A stretch of 64,000 nucleotides of DNA from an uncultured virus (IMG/VR IMGVR_UViG_3300024264_000022) (lineage: Duplodnaviria > Heunggongvirae > Uroviricota > Caudoviricetes), in the IMG/VR virus record IMGVR_UViG_3300024264_000022. One strand, 5' to 3'. The number at the start of each line of letters is the position of its first letter. Within the stretch, counting starts at the first letter, position 1. A program made the translations under genes and the position numbers. The notes beneath the pieces were generated by a model. It made no database searches. It was not told the origin of the DNA and was given only the letters and a program-made list of their open reading frames with translations. Shown here in pieces: positions 36,698 through 46,155 of this stretch.

Positions 36698-37180
36698 CTA
36701 TGATACTTTCATTAACTCTACAACTAATGGGAAGTTTCTTGCTAAAATGAATCCTATTACAATAGAACCACCGATTATTAAGTATTTCCACTTCTCTAGC
36801 ATATTTACCTTTTCTCCTAGAGAGTTCTTAATAGACCTTATTTCATTCATAATACGCTTTTCAGTCATATCAATATTATCTTTTAGTTGTCTATATCTCG
36901 TTTCAGTATCTTCTTGTCTGTCCTTTAACTTTGAGAAGATAATTTCATCTAATTTTTCTGCTTGATTTAGTTTTTCTTCGTGTACAGCAAGCATTGATTT
37001 AATACCACTACTGATATTAGTTAACTTGTCAATCGCCGTGTCTAGTCTTCTATGTACCATATTGCTCTGTTGAAGTTCAGACTTCAACACCTCTATACTT
37101 GTACGATTGTCGTACACTTCTTTTGATAGTGAAGTTAGGGTTGCCCTAGTTTCACCGTTACCGTTTTTATCTATAGACAT
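36698..37180 (-). CDS. Coiled-coil protein with C-terminal TM
   Basis: LAVHEEKL...LEKWKY.IIGG pattern; holin-like role unproven. Confidence 0.6.
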   Translation of the reverse strand: MSIDKNGNGETRATLTSLSKEVYDNRTSIEVLKSELQQSNMVHRRLDTAIDKLTNISSGIKSMLAVHEEKLNQAEKLDEIIFSKLKDRQEDTETRYRQLKDNIDMTEKRIMNEIRSIKNSLGEKVNMLEKWKYLIIGGSIVIGFILARNFPLVVELMKVS

Positions 37181-37202
37181 AGCGATTTCCTTTAAAAATC
37201 AA

Positions 37203-37535
37203 TTAACCCGCAAGTGGATTTTTTGCTTTTAATTTAAGTTCTTGTATTTGAAGTTTCAGTACTTCAATTTCTTTTTCGTTTACTTTTGTTTGAGTTTTGT
37301 TCTTTTGTACACTACCAGAAATATCAGCAGGTATGTTACCTTCTAATTGTGTAATTTTAATTTCTAGTGCTTTAATAGATTCTTGTAGAGGTGCAATATT
37401 AACACCTTTTCTTTCTTCTAATGCGTTCATTTTAGTAGTCAATTCTCCGTATTTAACGAATCCACCACCAATAGCAACTACGGCTGCGATTAAAGCTGCC
37501 ACACTTGCCAAGTTATCTTTTAATTGTTTTATCAT
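37203..37535 (-). CDS. Membrane-anchored coiled-coil protein
   Basis: N-terminal TM (IGGGF), coiled coil, C-terminal NPLA. Confidence 0.6.
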   Translation of the reverse strand: MIKQLKDNLASVAALIAAVVAIGGGFVKYGELTTKMNALEERKGVNIAPLQESIKALEIKITQLEGNIPADISGSVQKNKTQTKVNEKEIEVLKLQIQELKLKAKNPLAG

Positions 37536-39352
37536 AGTTGTTTCCTCAATTGTTCTAGTTCAATTTTTAATCTGTTTTCCTCAGTCTTAATTCTATCTAA
37601 CTCTATTCGTTGAGTTGTTAAAGGGTCGTTATCAGTATATTTTGCTAAGGTTACACTTTTATATATTTGTGTTTGTTCTATATTTAGTTGATTAAAGAAA
37701 TCTACATTTCCATCAGGAAGTTGAACAGAAGAGTAAAAGGACTGATTTTTATATGAAGACATATCAGGAGCGTTATCACTCATCGCCTTTAGTGTTATAA
37801 ATTGTACTGCTTTTACTTTCTGGTCTACCGTCATTAATGTATTCTCTAATTTCTTAATAATCTTTTCTACTTTGGCACTTATGCTGCTTGCGATATTCTT
37901 CTCATTTCCGCTATCAACATCTGTTTCCTTTGTTGTGCCAGTCTCATCTGCATCCACGCTTTCTTCATTTGCCGTCTCCGTCGTCTCTCCTTCTGCTTTC
38001 GTATCTTCGTCCACAGAAGATTCATTTGACTTCTCTTCTGTTGACTCACTTGCCTCAGGTTCACTCGTACTGCTTGTCTCATCTTCTTTAGTAGTCTCGG
38101 TGTTATTAGGTTCTGGTTCATTTGAATTTGTATTACTTGCATTTGATTCCTCTTGTTTAGGTTCGTTTTCTATTTTAGGTTCACCTGATTGTTTAGGTTC
38201 CTCTTTGATAGTCTCTTCTTCTAAATTAGATTTCGTTGCTACAACATTATTTTCCTCCATTTTAGGTTCTTCTACTTTAGGTTCAGGAGCAACATTGAGT
38301 TCCTCCTTCATCATATTACCTACTTCTTCAAAAAATTGTTCTTCTGTTATATTCTCTTCAACGAGAGCAGTATTAAATTCTTGTACTAAATCATTTGTTT
38401 CTATAAAATCTGTAAATTGTGTTTGTACAAATTCTTCAAACTTTACTTCTTCTATTTTACCAAGGTCATCTTCTATAAGCATTGTAGTATCAATAGATAC
38501 AACTTCAATCTGTTCAAAATTTTTAACTGCGTCATCAACTTTTGTATCTAAATCTTGGAATAAATCTACACCATCATCTGTTGTTAAATCAACTGCGTTT
38601 GCAATATCATTACCTGCGTCTGTACAAGTACCTAATTCTGTGCAAAGTGTAATTGTTGTTGATTGAACACCAGCAGTTGTAATAGATAACTGAACATTAT
38701 CTACATCTGGTCCTCTATGGGCACCATCAGAAGCTGTGCCAGCAGTATTATTGTAAACTTCAGCTCTTATTGTAAAATCTGTTTGTGTATTTGTATTGTG
38801 AGTATAACTATCTGTATAATTATTCCATTGACCAGCATTACCTGCCCTATTAGGGTCGTGGTCATTTATATTTCTTGTTTGTGTAGTTACCGTACCATCA
38901 CCGGCTGTGATAGTTTGTTTAAGAGTAAATGTATTTTCTGTATTATTCCAAAACCAAATGTCTGACGACATTGTTGAAGTAAAGCCTTCATTGATTTGTG
39001 CTTGTGTTAATTTACCATCACCAACTAAATCTACATCTTGGTAAATACTACCATTGGGGTCGCCTTCAAATGCTAATACACCACCTGAAGTATTTTGTCC
39101 TGATTGAGTTGTACCTGATGTGTTATTGTGGCCGTGACCGACATCACCTGAAATTGTCCAACCGTTTGTGTTGTAATCAGATGTTCCGAAAGTTGAGTTT
39201 GTTAAGACATTACCTGTGGTCGTACCAGCAGTAGATGTGGTACAGGTACGGTCACCTAGAGCGTTAGTTGTACAGGTTTCTGCCTTAATCTCGTTTACGG
39301 AAATTATAAGGATTAAGGTCGTCAGCAAGTTTATCACATTTAAACCACGCAT
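37532..39352 (-). CDS. Large exported protein: Thr/Gly-rich beta domain, acidic linker, helical C-terminus
   Basis: Signal peptide; long Glu/Ser/Thr/Pro low-complexity region. Confidence 0.65.
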   Translation of the reverse strand: MRGLNVINLLTTLILIISVNEIKAETCTTNALGDRTCTTSTAGTTTGNVLTNSTFGTSDYNTNGWTISGDVGHGHNNTSGTTQSGQNTSGGVLAFEGDPNGSIYQDVDLVGDGKLTQAQINEGFTSTMSSDIWFWNNTENTFTLKQTITAGDGTVTTQTRNINDHDPNRAGNAGQWNNYTDSYTHNTNTQTDFTIRAEVYNNTAGTASDGAHRGPDVDNVQLSITTAGVQSTTITLCTELGTCTDAGNDIANAVDLTTDDGVDLFQDLDTKVDDAVKNFEQIEVVSIDTTMLIEDDLGKIEEVKFEEFVQTQFTDFIETNDLVQEFNTALVEENITEEQFFEEVGNMMKEELNVAPEPKVEEPKMEENNVVATKSNLEEETIKEEPKQSGEPKIENEPKQEESNASNTNSNEPEPNNTETTKEDETSSTSEPEASESTEEKSNESSVDEDTKAEGETTETANEESVDADETGTTKETDVDSGNEKNIASSISAKVEKIIKKLENTLMTVDQKVKAVQFITLKAMSDNAPDMSSYKNQSFYSSVQLPDGNVDFFNQLNIEQTQIYKSVTLAKYTDNDPLTTQRIELDRIKTEENRLKIELEQLRKQL

Positions 39353-39398
39353 ATACTATTACTCCTGTATAAATTGTTAACCATATTAATGTTTCCAT
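39285..39398 (-). CDS. Putative 37-aa single-TM peptide overlapping the 606-aa gene start
   Basis: TAAGGA SD; METLIWLTIYTGVIVYAWFKCDKLADDLNPYNFRKRD. Confidence 0.45.
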   Translation of the reverse strand: METLIWLTIYTGVIVYAWFKCDKLADDLNPYNFRKRD

Positions 39399-39405
39399 AG
39401 TGTCC

Positions 39406-40185
39406 TTATTTTGATTTATTTACTTTCTTTTCAAGTTTCTCAACTTTCTTTTCAAGTTTATCTGCGTATGCGTCTAACTTCTTATTTTCTTTTCTTATCT
39501 CATTAGCGATAGCAGTTTGTTCAGTTAATTGGTAATTTAAAGACTTGTCTTTTTCACTAGTCTTTGTTAATTCTTTTTCTTTGTTCTCTATGACTTTTAG
39601 TTTCTCAACATATAAATCATAATCAGGTCTTAACTTGTCATATTTGTTCCATTGTGCTTTTGCTTCAGCACCAATCTTACCTTGATATGGACAAGGTGTT
39701 CCGGAATGTATCATTGCTTCAAACACTCTAGGATCCTGACACAATATAGAAACAGCAGCGACCTTCATACCTAGGTCATTTAAGACTTTACTTAATTTAA
39801 TTCGTTCACAATTTTCGTCTCTTATATGAGCACCAAGTGATAAACCGATACCAGGATATTGTAGTCCACCAGACATACCCATAACGCAAACATCTTGCGA
39901 CATAGCACTCATAGAGGGCGCTGAGGCAGTATTCTGTTGGTCTCTTATGTTTGAGTTGTTATTTGTGGTTGCGTTAGTCGTACTTGTGGTATTACTAGAC
40001 GAACCGCTAGCGTAAGTAGTTGTTGATTCCTGCGAATATCCACCTGTGATTGTGGTATTACTTCCCGTAGAATTTGAGAGAGTATTAGTAGTCGCTCCAG
40101 ATGATGTAGTATCAGACCAAACAGGACTTGTAGTGAGTCCTACCATAACAAAACATACTATAATAAGTTTAAATAACCTATCCAT
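39406..40185 (-). CDS. Exported Ser/Thr-rich protein with Cys-rich domain
   Basis: Signal peptide; SAPS...C...DENCERIKL...GMKVAAV..LCQDPRV...GTPCP. Confidence 0.65.
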   Translation of the reverse strand: MDRLFKLIIVCFVMVGLTTSPVWSDTTSSGATTNTLSNSTGSNTTITGGYSQESTTTYASGSSSNTTSTTNATTNNNSNIRDQQNTASAPSMSAMSQDVCVMGMSGGLQYPGIGLSLGAHIRDENCERIKLSKVLNDLGMKVAAVSILCQDPRVFEAMIHSGTPCPYQGKIGAEAKAQWNKYDKLRPDYDLYVEKLKVIENKEKELTKTSEKDKSLNYQLTEQTAIANEIRKENKKLDAYADKLEKKVEKLEKKVNKSK

Positions 40186-40190
40186 TGTGT

Positions 40191-40234
40191 GTGTCCTTGA
40201 GTATATTCTATAATATTATTTATGCAAAGGACAC
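40191..40234 (-). promoter_or_regulatory. SD-sequestering hairpin with a late-promoter-like CATAAATA in its loop
   Basis: GTGTCCTT (40234-40227) pairs with AAGGACAC (40198-40191); CATAAATA at 40224-40217. Confidence 0.6.
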
Positions 40235-40292
40235 TTCCTAACCAATTGTTTTCGTAGGATTTATTTGACACACCCTGGTGTCAATGTTTTGA

Positions 40293-40772
40293 CTAAAACT
40301 TTCCTTGACTAATTGCGAGTAATATCATACCCCATATTGAGCCACCTACAAGAAGTACAAGTAATCCTATTGCGATACCGTCTAATATACTGCGTTGTAG
40401 TTCTTTTTGTTTATATACTTCTTTTTCTCTTTGAGCTCTAATCTTTCTTCTCATTTCTGTAAGTTCAGTCCAAGTATTAGGACCAAAACGAAAGTTTAAA
40501 AGAGACCGTAGTTCTCTTTCTTGTTCCATTATTTTCTTTTCGTGTATGAGTAATTGTAAGGACTCTTCTTCTACGCTACCTGCTGAAAAGAGTTTCTTAA
40601 ATATAGGTGGGTTCTTATTATGTTCAGCCGCTTTTCGTATATCTGCTACAGCAGTATACCACTTTCCCATTTGTTTGAAAGTATGTTCAGCCTCTTGGCC
40701 TATTGCGACTGCTCTGGTTACTGCTTTGTATGCTGTTGTTGCCATTGCTATGGCAGAAATTGGGTCTATCAA
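40293..40772 (-). CDS. Hypothetical protein with C-terminal TM
   Basis: MIDPISAIA.A..A...F..GSVEEE pattern. Confidence 0.6.
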   Translation of the reverse strand: MIDPISAIAMATTAYKAVTRAVAIGQEAEHTFKQMGKWYTAVADIRKAAEHNKNPPIFKKLFSAGSVEEESLQLLIHEKKIMEQERELRSLLNFRFGPNTWTELTEMRRKIRAQREKEVYKQKELQRSILDGIAIGLLVLLVGGSIWGMILLAISQGKF

Positions 40773-40836
40773 TGTTCTCGTTCCTTATGCTATAGTGTGG
40801 GTCTGTAGTCATAAGGTAAAACATCAATTCATATTA

Positions 40837-41202
40837 CTATTTATCTTTTTCTTTGTCTTTTGGTTCATAATATTTTTTATACTCATCTAATAAAGCATTT
40901 GTTTTCATCATATGGTTTCTGATTTGAGCAAAGTTCTTTGCAATGAGTTGATAGTCAGCGTCTGTTAAACCAAACAGCACAGGGTCTATACCTGTTTCTT
41001 CTAACTTCTTAAATACTTCTTGTGCATTTTCAGAAGTAATAATAATCCACTTAATCTGTTCTAGTTCAGGTGGTGTAGGTTTATCTAAATTTAGTTTTTC
41101 TCTTTCTACTTCTGTTTTAAAGATGTCTAACTTCTTAACAGAAGAACAACCACTAACTGCGATTGCAAGTATTAAAACTAAAAATATATTTCTAATTTGC
41201 AT
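40837..41202 (-). CDS. Lipoprotein, o-spanin (Rz1-like) candidate
   Basis: Lipobox VSGC, Pro-rich segment, overlaps the end of the Rz-like gene. Confidence 0.65.
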   Translation of the reverse strand: MQIRNIFLVLILAIAVSGCSSVKKLDIFKTEVEREKLNLDKPTPPELEQIKWIIITSENAQEVFKKLEETGIDPVLFGLTDADYQLIAKNFAQIRNHMMKTNALLDEYKKYYEPKDKEKDK

Positions 41203-41671
41203 ATTCAACATAATTTGGATTCGCTATTGATGGACATTCAGTATTAATCTCACTCTTTAAAGTTGCTTTAATTTCTTTTTCTGTTAATGGACTACCCATT
41301 GCAATTTCAATACATCTAGTAGCGTTTGCACTACCTTTGTTTATTATTCTTTCAATTGCACCGGTTCTGTCTATTGCTAGTTTACCAATGTCTCGTTTCT
41401 TTTTATTGAACCTTTTATCAAGTTCATTTAAGTCTTTCTTTAGGGCGCTCACCAGAACATTCATTTGTTTGTTCGCTTCTAGTATCTTACCAAAATCTTC
41501 TTTCTGCTGTTGTATTACAGCCTTTTGGTCATTAATTGATTCTTCTAACTTGATTTGGTTTGCTTTCAATATCTCATTGTCTGCTTTCAACTTATAAACA
41601 TAAGCTGCACCACCGGCTAGTCCTGCAATTAATATACCTGCCATAATCATTTTTGCACCACCGAATATCAT
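41192..41671 (-). CDS. i-spanin (Rz-like) candidate
   Basis: N-terminal TM, long coiled coil, C-terminal Cys residues, followed by a lipoprotein. Confidence 0.6.
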   Translation of the reverse strand: MIFGGAKMIMAGILIAGLAGGAAYVYKLKADNEILKANQIKLEESINDQKAVIQQQKEDFGKILEANKQMNVLVSALKKDLNELDKRFNKKKRDIGKLAIDRTGAIERIINKGSANATRCIEIAMGSPLTEKEIKATLKSEINTECPSIANPNYVEYAN

Positions 41672-41672
41672 A

Positions 41673-41780
41673 TTATCTCCAGAATTTTATTTTTTTAGTT
41701 AATTCTGCTAGGTCTTCAAACTTTTCGTTTACATACCAACCTAACATAAAACCAACTATAAGTCCTATTGTTAAAAACAT
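41673..41780 (-). CDS. Small single-TM protein (35 aa)
   Basis: Own translation MFLTIGLIVGFMLGWYVNEKFEDLAELTKKIKFWR; GAGG SD. Confidence 0.55.
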   Translation of the reverse strand: MFLTIGLIVGFMLGWYVNEKFEDLAELTKKIKFWR

Positions 41781-42049
41781 TATTTTTTACCTCTTAATTT
41801 TACTTGTTCTACTTTCACTTTTGCTATTTCATCTTCTAGTTTATTAATTTTCTTTACTAACATAGGAAACTTTTGTATTAGTTTCTCTTCTTTAGTAAGA
41901 ACATCTAAATCGTATCTCTTGGCTGCCCAACTATAACACTTATCTACTTTCTTGTAAAACCAGATACCCATTTTAGTTTTCTTAAACCAGGCATTAGTAG
42001 ATTGTCCTACTATGGCACCCATAGCAGATTTTATTAAAAAGAACCACAT
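41780..42049 (-). CDS. Hypothetical protein
   Basis: Likely ATG at 42049 (MWFFLIK); WF.KT..G.WF motif. Confidence 0.55.
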   Translation of the reverse strand: MWFFLIKSAMGAIVGQSTNAWFKKTKMGIWFYKKVDKCYSWAAKRYDLDVLTKEEKLIQKFPMLVKKINKLEDEIAKVKVEQVKLRGKK

Positions 42050-42050
42050 A

Positions 42051-42554
42051 TTATTTCTTCGCCTGTGGTTTAGCACCTCGTGGAGCGCTTGAGTTGATTG
42101 CCCAACGACCAAACATTCTCACACTATAGTAAGCAGATTTAATTTTCCACTTAGGAACTGAAGGTTCTGAATTTTCCATACCTTGTCTGAATACCTTATC
42201 TGCTATACTTCTATATAGTTCTCTTTGTTTCTTTGTAGATATGATACCTTCTTTAAATGCACCGTTAATTTTTTCGTATAAAATGTCGTGTATTACAGCT
42301 GCTCTTGCAACATCAAATGGAGCAATAAATGCCCAACATATTCTTGGCACACTTGCAAGGTCTGTTATATAATTTTTTGGTACCGTAATTGTTGCTGTAT
42401 TTTTTCCATTATCAATAACATCTACGCTACATTCTTTCAACATTTTTACTTCTGTATTATCTAAATCATCTGATTTAAACCTTAGAGCTTTATTTAATAC
42501 CCAGTTTCTTGGTGGTAAAAATATTGCGTCTAATAATCCGTTAAAACTACTCAT
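42051..42554 (-). CDS. DUF1353 family protein
   Basis: VP..Y.TDLASVPR..W...AA.IHD.LY...AD.VF...Y..VR.FG. Confidence 0.8.
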   Translation of the reverse strand: MSSFNGLLDAIFLPPRNWVLNKALRFKSDDLDNTEVKMLKECSVDVIDNGKNTATITVPKNYITDLASVPRICWAFIAPFDVARAAVIHDILYEKINGAFKEGIISTKKQRELYRSIADKVFRQGMENSEPSVPKWKIKSAYYSVRMFGRWAINSSAPRGAKPQAKK

Positions 42555-43137
42555 TGTTATCCTCTCGTTTAACTATTTTTAAGTTCTTTGTTTTCTTATC
42601 TTGTTTTATTCCGTGTCTAGGATCCTTGTTGGCTTGTAAACCAATCTTCCTGCTAGGTCGTGTTGCACTAACTGGAGGAGTATCTCCTAAACTTGGTATT
42701 GGGTTAAGTGAACCGTAAGAACCTTGACCGATACTACCAAATGCACTATCAGTTAATTTTGCTTTTTCTAAAATTGATTTTTTTTCTTCATCTACGACAA
42801 ACTCTGGTTCGTTTTTACCGTATGTTAATTCGTCTACAATAACATCTAGTCTATCTAATTGGTCTAGTACACTATTCAGTACAGCGTTATTGTTATCTTT
42901 GTTCTCTTTAATCTTTGTACCAAGTCTAGTTAGAACATCTTTCTTTTTTTTCTTATCTTGTACAGCGTCAGGTGGCATAGATACTCCACCGTGTGCAACT
43001 GCATTAGCAGGTGCTTCTTCTGGAACACAATTAGGTACAACTCGGTCACCTTTCTTTTTAGTGCCGACTTGTTTGTAACCTGTCCAACAAGCTTCCCATA
43101 CATCTTTAAATTCTTTTAATTTTTTATCTTCGCTCAT
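42547..43137 (-). CDS. Hypothetical, probable internal head protein
   Basis: KEFKDVWE N-terminus, CWTGYKQVG..KKG...VPNCVPEE module, EEAPAN motif. Confidence 0.6.
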   Translation of the reverse strand: MSEDKKLKEFKDVWEACWTGYKQVGTKKKGDRVVPNCVPEEAPANAVAHGGVSMPPDAVQDKKKKKDVLTRLGTKIKENKDNNNAVLNSVLDQLDRLDVIVDELTYGKNEPEFVVDEEKKSILEKAKLTDSAFGSIGQGSYGSLNPIPSLGDTPPVSATRPSRKIGLQANKDPRHGIKQDKKTKNLKIVKREDNNE

Positions 43138-43717
43138 CTAAATAGTCTCCAGGAACATATATTTCTTGCATATCTTTACCGTACTTCATCTTATATATAT
43201 CTAAACCTAACACCGTGGAATCAGGTGTAAGTTCTTCTAAAGTAAAGACATCTGTACCTTTAGGTAAAAATTCTTCGCCAGTAAATAGTTCTTCTTTTAA
43301 TTGATAACTTCCAACTTTTAAAGTTGAATCTGTAAAGTACTCTTCATTAAGAGACAAAGGATAAACTAATTCGTTCTTCTCTTTTAATATCTTAACAAGT
43401 GTACTCTCTATGTTCTTACCTTGGTCTAAAGCAAACTCTTTATCTTCTTTTAGTAATAAACCTAATGCAACAGCAAACGAACCTATCTTACTACCTAATC
43501 CTACTTTACCTAGTATTCTTTTTAAGTTGAATACAAATCTATGTAGCATTGTGTAAGATGATTTTTCTGCACCTGTTTTTAATAGTCTATATGGTTTAAG
43601 TACTTTACCATCTGCGTCTATAATACCTGTTTTAAACGCTTCTTGGTTCTTAAACGGAGTAACCAATAATTTAATTACTCTATATGCTATTAATAAATCT
43701 ACTGCTCTGCTTGCCAT
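43124..43717 (-). CDS. Conserved T4-like hypothetical protein
   Basis: D....YR.IK.L.TPF...AFK.GIID.DG...YT..HR.VFN.KR. Confidence 0.65.
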   Translation of the reverse strand: MASRAVDLLIAYRVIKLLVTPFKNQEAFKTGIIDADGKVLKPYRLLKTGAEKSSYTMLHRFVFNLKRILGKVGLGSKIGSFAVALGLLLKEDKEFALDQGKNIESTLVKILKEKNELVYPLSLNEEYFTDSTLKVGSYQLKEELFTGEEFLPKGTDVFTLEELTPDSTVLGLDIYKMKYGKDMQEIYVPGDYLDERR

Positions 43718-44079
43718 TATAGTTTCTCTAACTCCCGTCTAACATATTCGTCTTCTGTCAGTTCATCTAGTTCCGACGGATACAAATAGTTTAGGTATTT
43801 AAAAACAGACTTTAAGATAGGCCAATACTTCGTGTCATTTTTATATAACAATAAAGTTATACAGGCATCCGTACCGAAAACATTTTGTAGTACGATAATA
43901 TGATTTGTTACCAACCTAATTTTTAATAGGCTCGTAGTTTCATATTTCCGAAACAATCTTTTGAGATATTTAAATCTCTTTATATCATCCCAAAATTCTT
44001 TTTCAGTTTCAAATGTCGGATTATCATAATGCTTTTGTGCATACAATAACCAGTTCTTGTCGGTTATCTGTTTGAACAT
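43717..44079 (-). CDS. Conserved T4-like hypothetical protein
   Basis: YA.KHYDNP...EF.DD.KRFKY.KRL...RL..NHII.L.NVFG. Confidence 0.7.
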   Translation of the reverse strand: MFKQITDKNWLLYAQKHYDNPTFETEKEFWDDIKRFKYLKRLFRKYETTSLLKIRLVTNHIIVLQNVFGTDACITLLLYKNDTKYWPILKSVFKYLNYLYPSELDELTEDEYVRRELEKL

Positions 44080-44089
44080 TAATTTACGC

Positions 44090-44512
44090 CTATTTTAATT
44101 TAGCGTAAACCTTTGATGAACCGTTAGACAATGTTTCGTACTTAACTTCTAATTTTAAGTTATCAATACCAGGACCATTATCTACTACTACATCTTCAGG
44201 TTTCGTTTCAGTTGTTTTACCGTATGTACCACCGAATTGTTTTACTTCACCAGATACCGTTCCAGCGTCACCTTCTAATTTCATAGGTGAAATATCTAAA
44301 CCAATTCTCATTAATTTTTCTCTTAATGAATCAACTGCTTGTTGAGGTTTGATATATTCCATATCTGCAACCGAACCAACAAATGCGTTAACTCTTTTAA
44401 GTACATTAGGGTCTTTCAAATTCGCTGTACCGATATTACTATCTTCTACTGCGTTTGATGTAGCTGTTCCGACCGTCTTGTCTTCTTTTAAGTGTTCTTT
44501 AAAAGTTTTCAT
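44090..44512 (-). CDS. Hypothetical protein with capsid-targeting-like N-terminus
   Basis: Starts MKTFKEHLKE. Confidence 0.65.
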   Translation of the reverse strand: MKTFKEHLKEDKTVGTATSNAVEDSNIGTANLKDPNVLKRVNAFVGSVADMEYIKPQQAVDSLREKLMRIGLDISPMKLEGDAGTVSGEVKQFGGTYGKTTETKPEDVVVDNGPGIDNLKLEVKYETLSNGSSKVYAKLK

Positions 44513-44662
44513 TTATTCCTCTTTTTCTTTTTTATTATCTTTTTTAGTACCAGGTACTAAATCTTCTTCAAATTCATTAAGGTCATTTTCAGTATTAACC
44601 TCGTTTGGATTAACCGTTAAAATTTCTTGCAAAGTTTTTGACTTTTCTGTTATTTTATCCAT
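44513..44662 (-). CDS. Small hypothetical protein (49 aa)
   Basis: Own translation MDKITEKSKTLQEILTVNPNEVNTENDLNEFEEDLVPGTKKDNKKEKEE. Confidence 0.5.
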   Translation of the reverse strand: MDKITEKSKTLQEILTVNPNEVNTENDLNEFEEDLVPGTKKDNKKEKEE

Positions 44663-44897
44663 TTGGTTGTTCCTCTACAACGGGTTTTAATTCTTTTTCT
44701 GCTTCTCTTAATGTCAAATCGCTATCTGCTTTTCGCATTAACTTTTCTAGTACTTGTACTGCACCGTGCAAAGCATTTAAACGAGACTTTGTACTTGCTA
44801 GTTCATTCTCTAGTTTGTTAACACTTTCAGTTAGTGTTTCTCTTTCTTTAAATAGTTGATTATATTCTTTCTCAACTACGCCAAGTGATATAGCCAT
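44655..44897 (-). CDS. Coiled-coil hypothetical protein
   Basis: Heptad pattern, LNA..GA.Q; GAGGAG SD. Confidence 0.6.
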   Translation of the reverse strand: MAISLGVVEKEYNQLFKERETLTESVNKLENELASTKSRLNALHGAVQVLEKLMRKADSDLTLREAEKELKPVVEEQPNG

Positions 44898-44924
44898 AAT
44901 TATTTCTCCTCAAATTAATTAATA

Positions 44925-45374
44925 TTATGCGAGTGTAGCACCATTATGTGCAATTACATTCCATTTAGAATTTTTAAATAAACAAGTTACCGTTTCACCT
45001 TCACCACTTAAAGAGATAGTTGAATATCCTCTTAAATTAGTTGGTGTAATAGTGATGGCGTTACCACCAGTACCTACTGCAATAATTGTTTTAATCATTC
45101 CGTTAGCACCATCTGCCATTGAAAGTGCTGTTGCACCGCCAGATTGGTCTACTTCTGAAATTGCTGATGTTGTGTCAATCGCTGTACTAGTAGAAGTTAA
45201 TGCTTCACTAGTTGATGTCAATCCGATAAAAGTTGGGATGTTATTAAAGACATCTTTCGCTGTTACCTTTTTATTAATTGGTGTATTTGAGGGGTCATCA
45301 ACAATATGGAATAAATCCTCTACTGCCAATGATGTGCCTAGGTTATCTAGGGCTGTAATTTTCTTGTCTGCCAT
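44925..45374 (-). CDS. Putative virion structural protein
   Basis: MADKKITAL N-terminus, beta-rich; TATAAATA at 45443-45450. Confidence 0.65.
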   Translation of the reverse strand: MADKKITALDNLGTSLAVEDLFHIVDDPSNTPINKKVTAKDVFNNIPTFIGLTSTSEALTSTSTAIDTTSAISEVDQSGGATALSMADGANGMIKTIIAVGTGGNAITITPTNLRGYSTISLSGEGETVTCLFKNSKWNVIAHNGATLA

Positions 45375-45451
45375 TTCTGTTCTCCTATAATTCCACTAAT
45401 TGTGGTAAACTACTGCGTACATCATATACGCACCATTAATACTATTTATAC

Positions 45452-45483
45452 AAATAAAAAAGGGGACCACAAAGGATCCCCTA
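45452..45483 (-). terminator. Rho-independent terminator
   Basis: AGGGGATCC-TTTGT-GGTCCCCT followed by TTTTTATTT. Confidence 0.8.
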
Positions 45484-45514
45484 ATATTCTTAATTTTATT
45501 GTTCTTATTATCTA

Positions 45515-46093
45515 TTACGCAACAGCAGTAATTGTTCCTGCGCCAGAACCTGCACCAGCAGATATAGCGACAGCAGCAGCACTTGAAGCAACCGTATCAG
45601 TAATAGTTCCACCTGCTAAAGCGACATTCTGAGCCGCAATAGATAGTACATCATCTGCACTAATAGTTGAACCACCTGCACCTACAACTAATGTAAATGT
45701 TACCGTGTTAGCAGTTGCAGCTGATTTCGTCAATGTTAATGACGCAGCTGAACCACCACCTGCTTGTGAGTTGGTTACTGCGATTGTAGGCGAACCTGCA
45801 ACCGTTATTTGTTCGTTATAGTTTACCGTTACCGATAAAGTACCACCAGCAGATACATCAAATTCTGATATATCCCATTCAGTTGATGAAATTGTAGCGG
45901 CAGCTAATGCTGTTGCTAATCCACCAATTGCGACTAGTACTTCAGGAGTAGCGGAAGTATTTCCGTTTCCAGTTCTAGCAGACCCTGCTCTTACAACCCA
46001 ACCTTTTTCATTAGCAAAAACTTCTGCTTTTTCAGTTGTAGTAAGATTTTTAGGTTTACTTTCATCACTGGAGCTTGATCCCCATAAACTCAT
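45515..46093 (-). CDS. Putative virion decoration protein, Ig-like
   Basis: MSLWG start, Ala/Thr/Ser-rich; late promoter TATAAATA at 46141-46148; own terminator. Confidence 0.65.
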   Translation of the reverse strand: MSLWGSSSSDESKPKNLTTTEKAEVFANEKGWVVRAGSARTGNGNTSATPEVLVAIGGLATALAAATISSTEWDISEFDVSAGGTLSVTVNYNEQITVAGSPTIAVTNSQAGGGSAASLTLTKSAATANTVTFTLVVGAGGSTISADDVLSIAAQNVALAGGTITDTVASSAAAVAISAGAGSGAGTITAVA

Positions 46094-46155
46094 AGTATCT
46101 CTCCTTATTAATTTAAGTTAACTTAATGATTAATCGTTTATATTTATAAGATTGA

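Noticed and set aside
37872..38666. 264-aa plus-strand ORF and the other plus-strand ORFs in the track
   Set aside because: They are antisense shadows of minus-strand genes (Ser/Phe/Leu-rich mirror composition, no SD or motifs).
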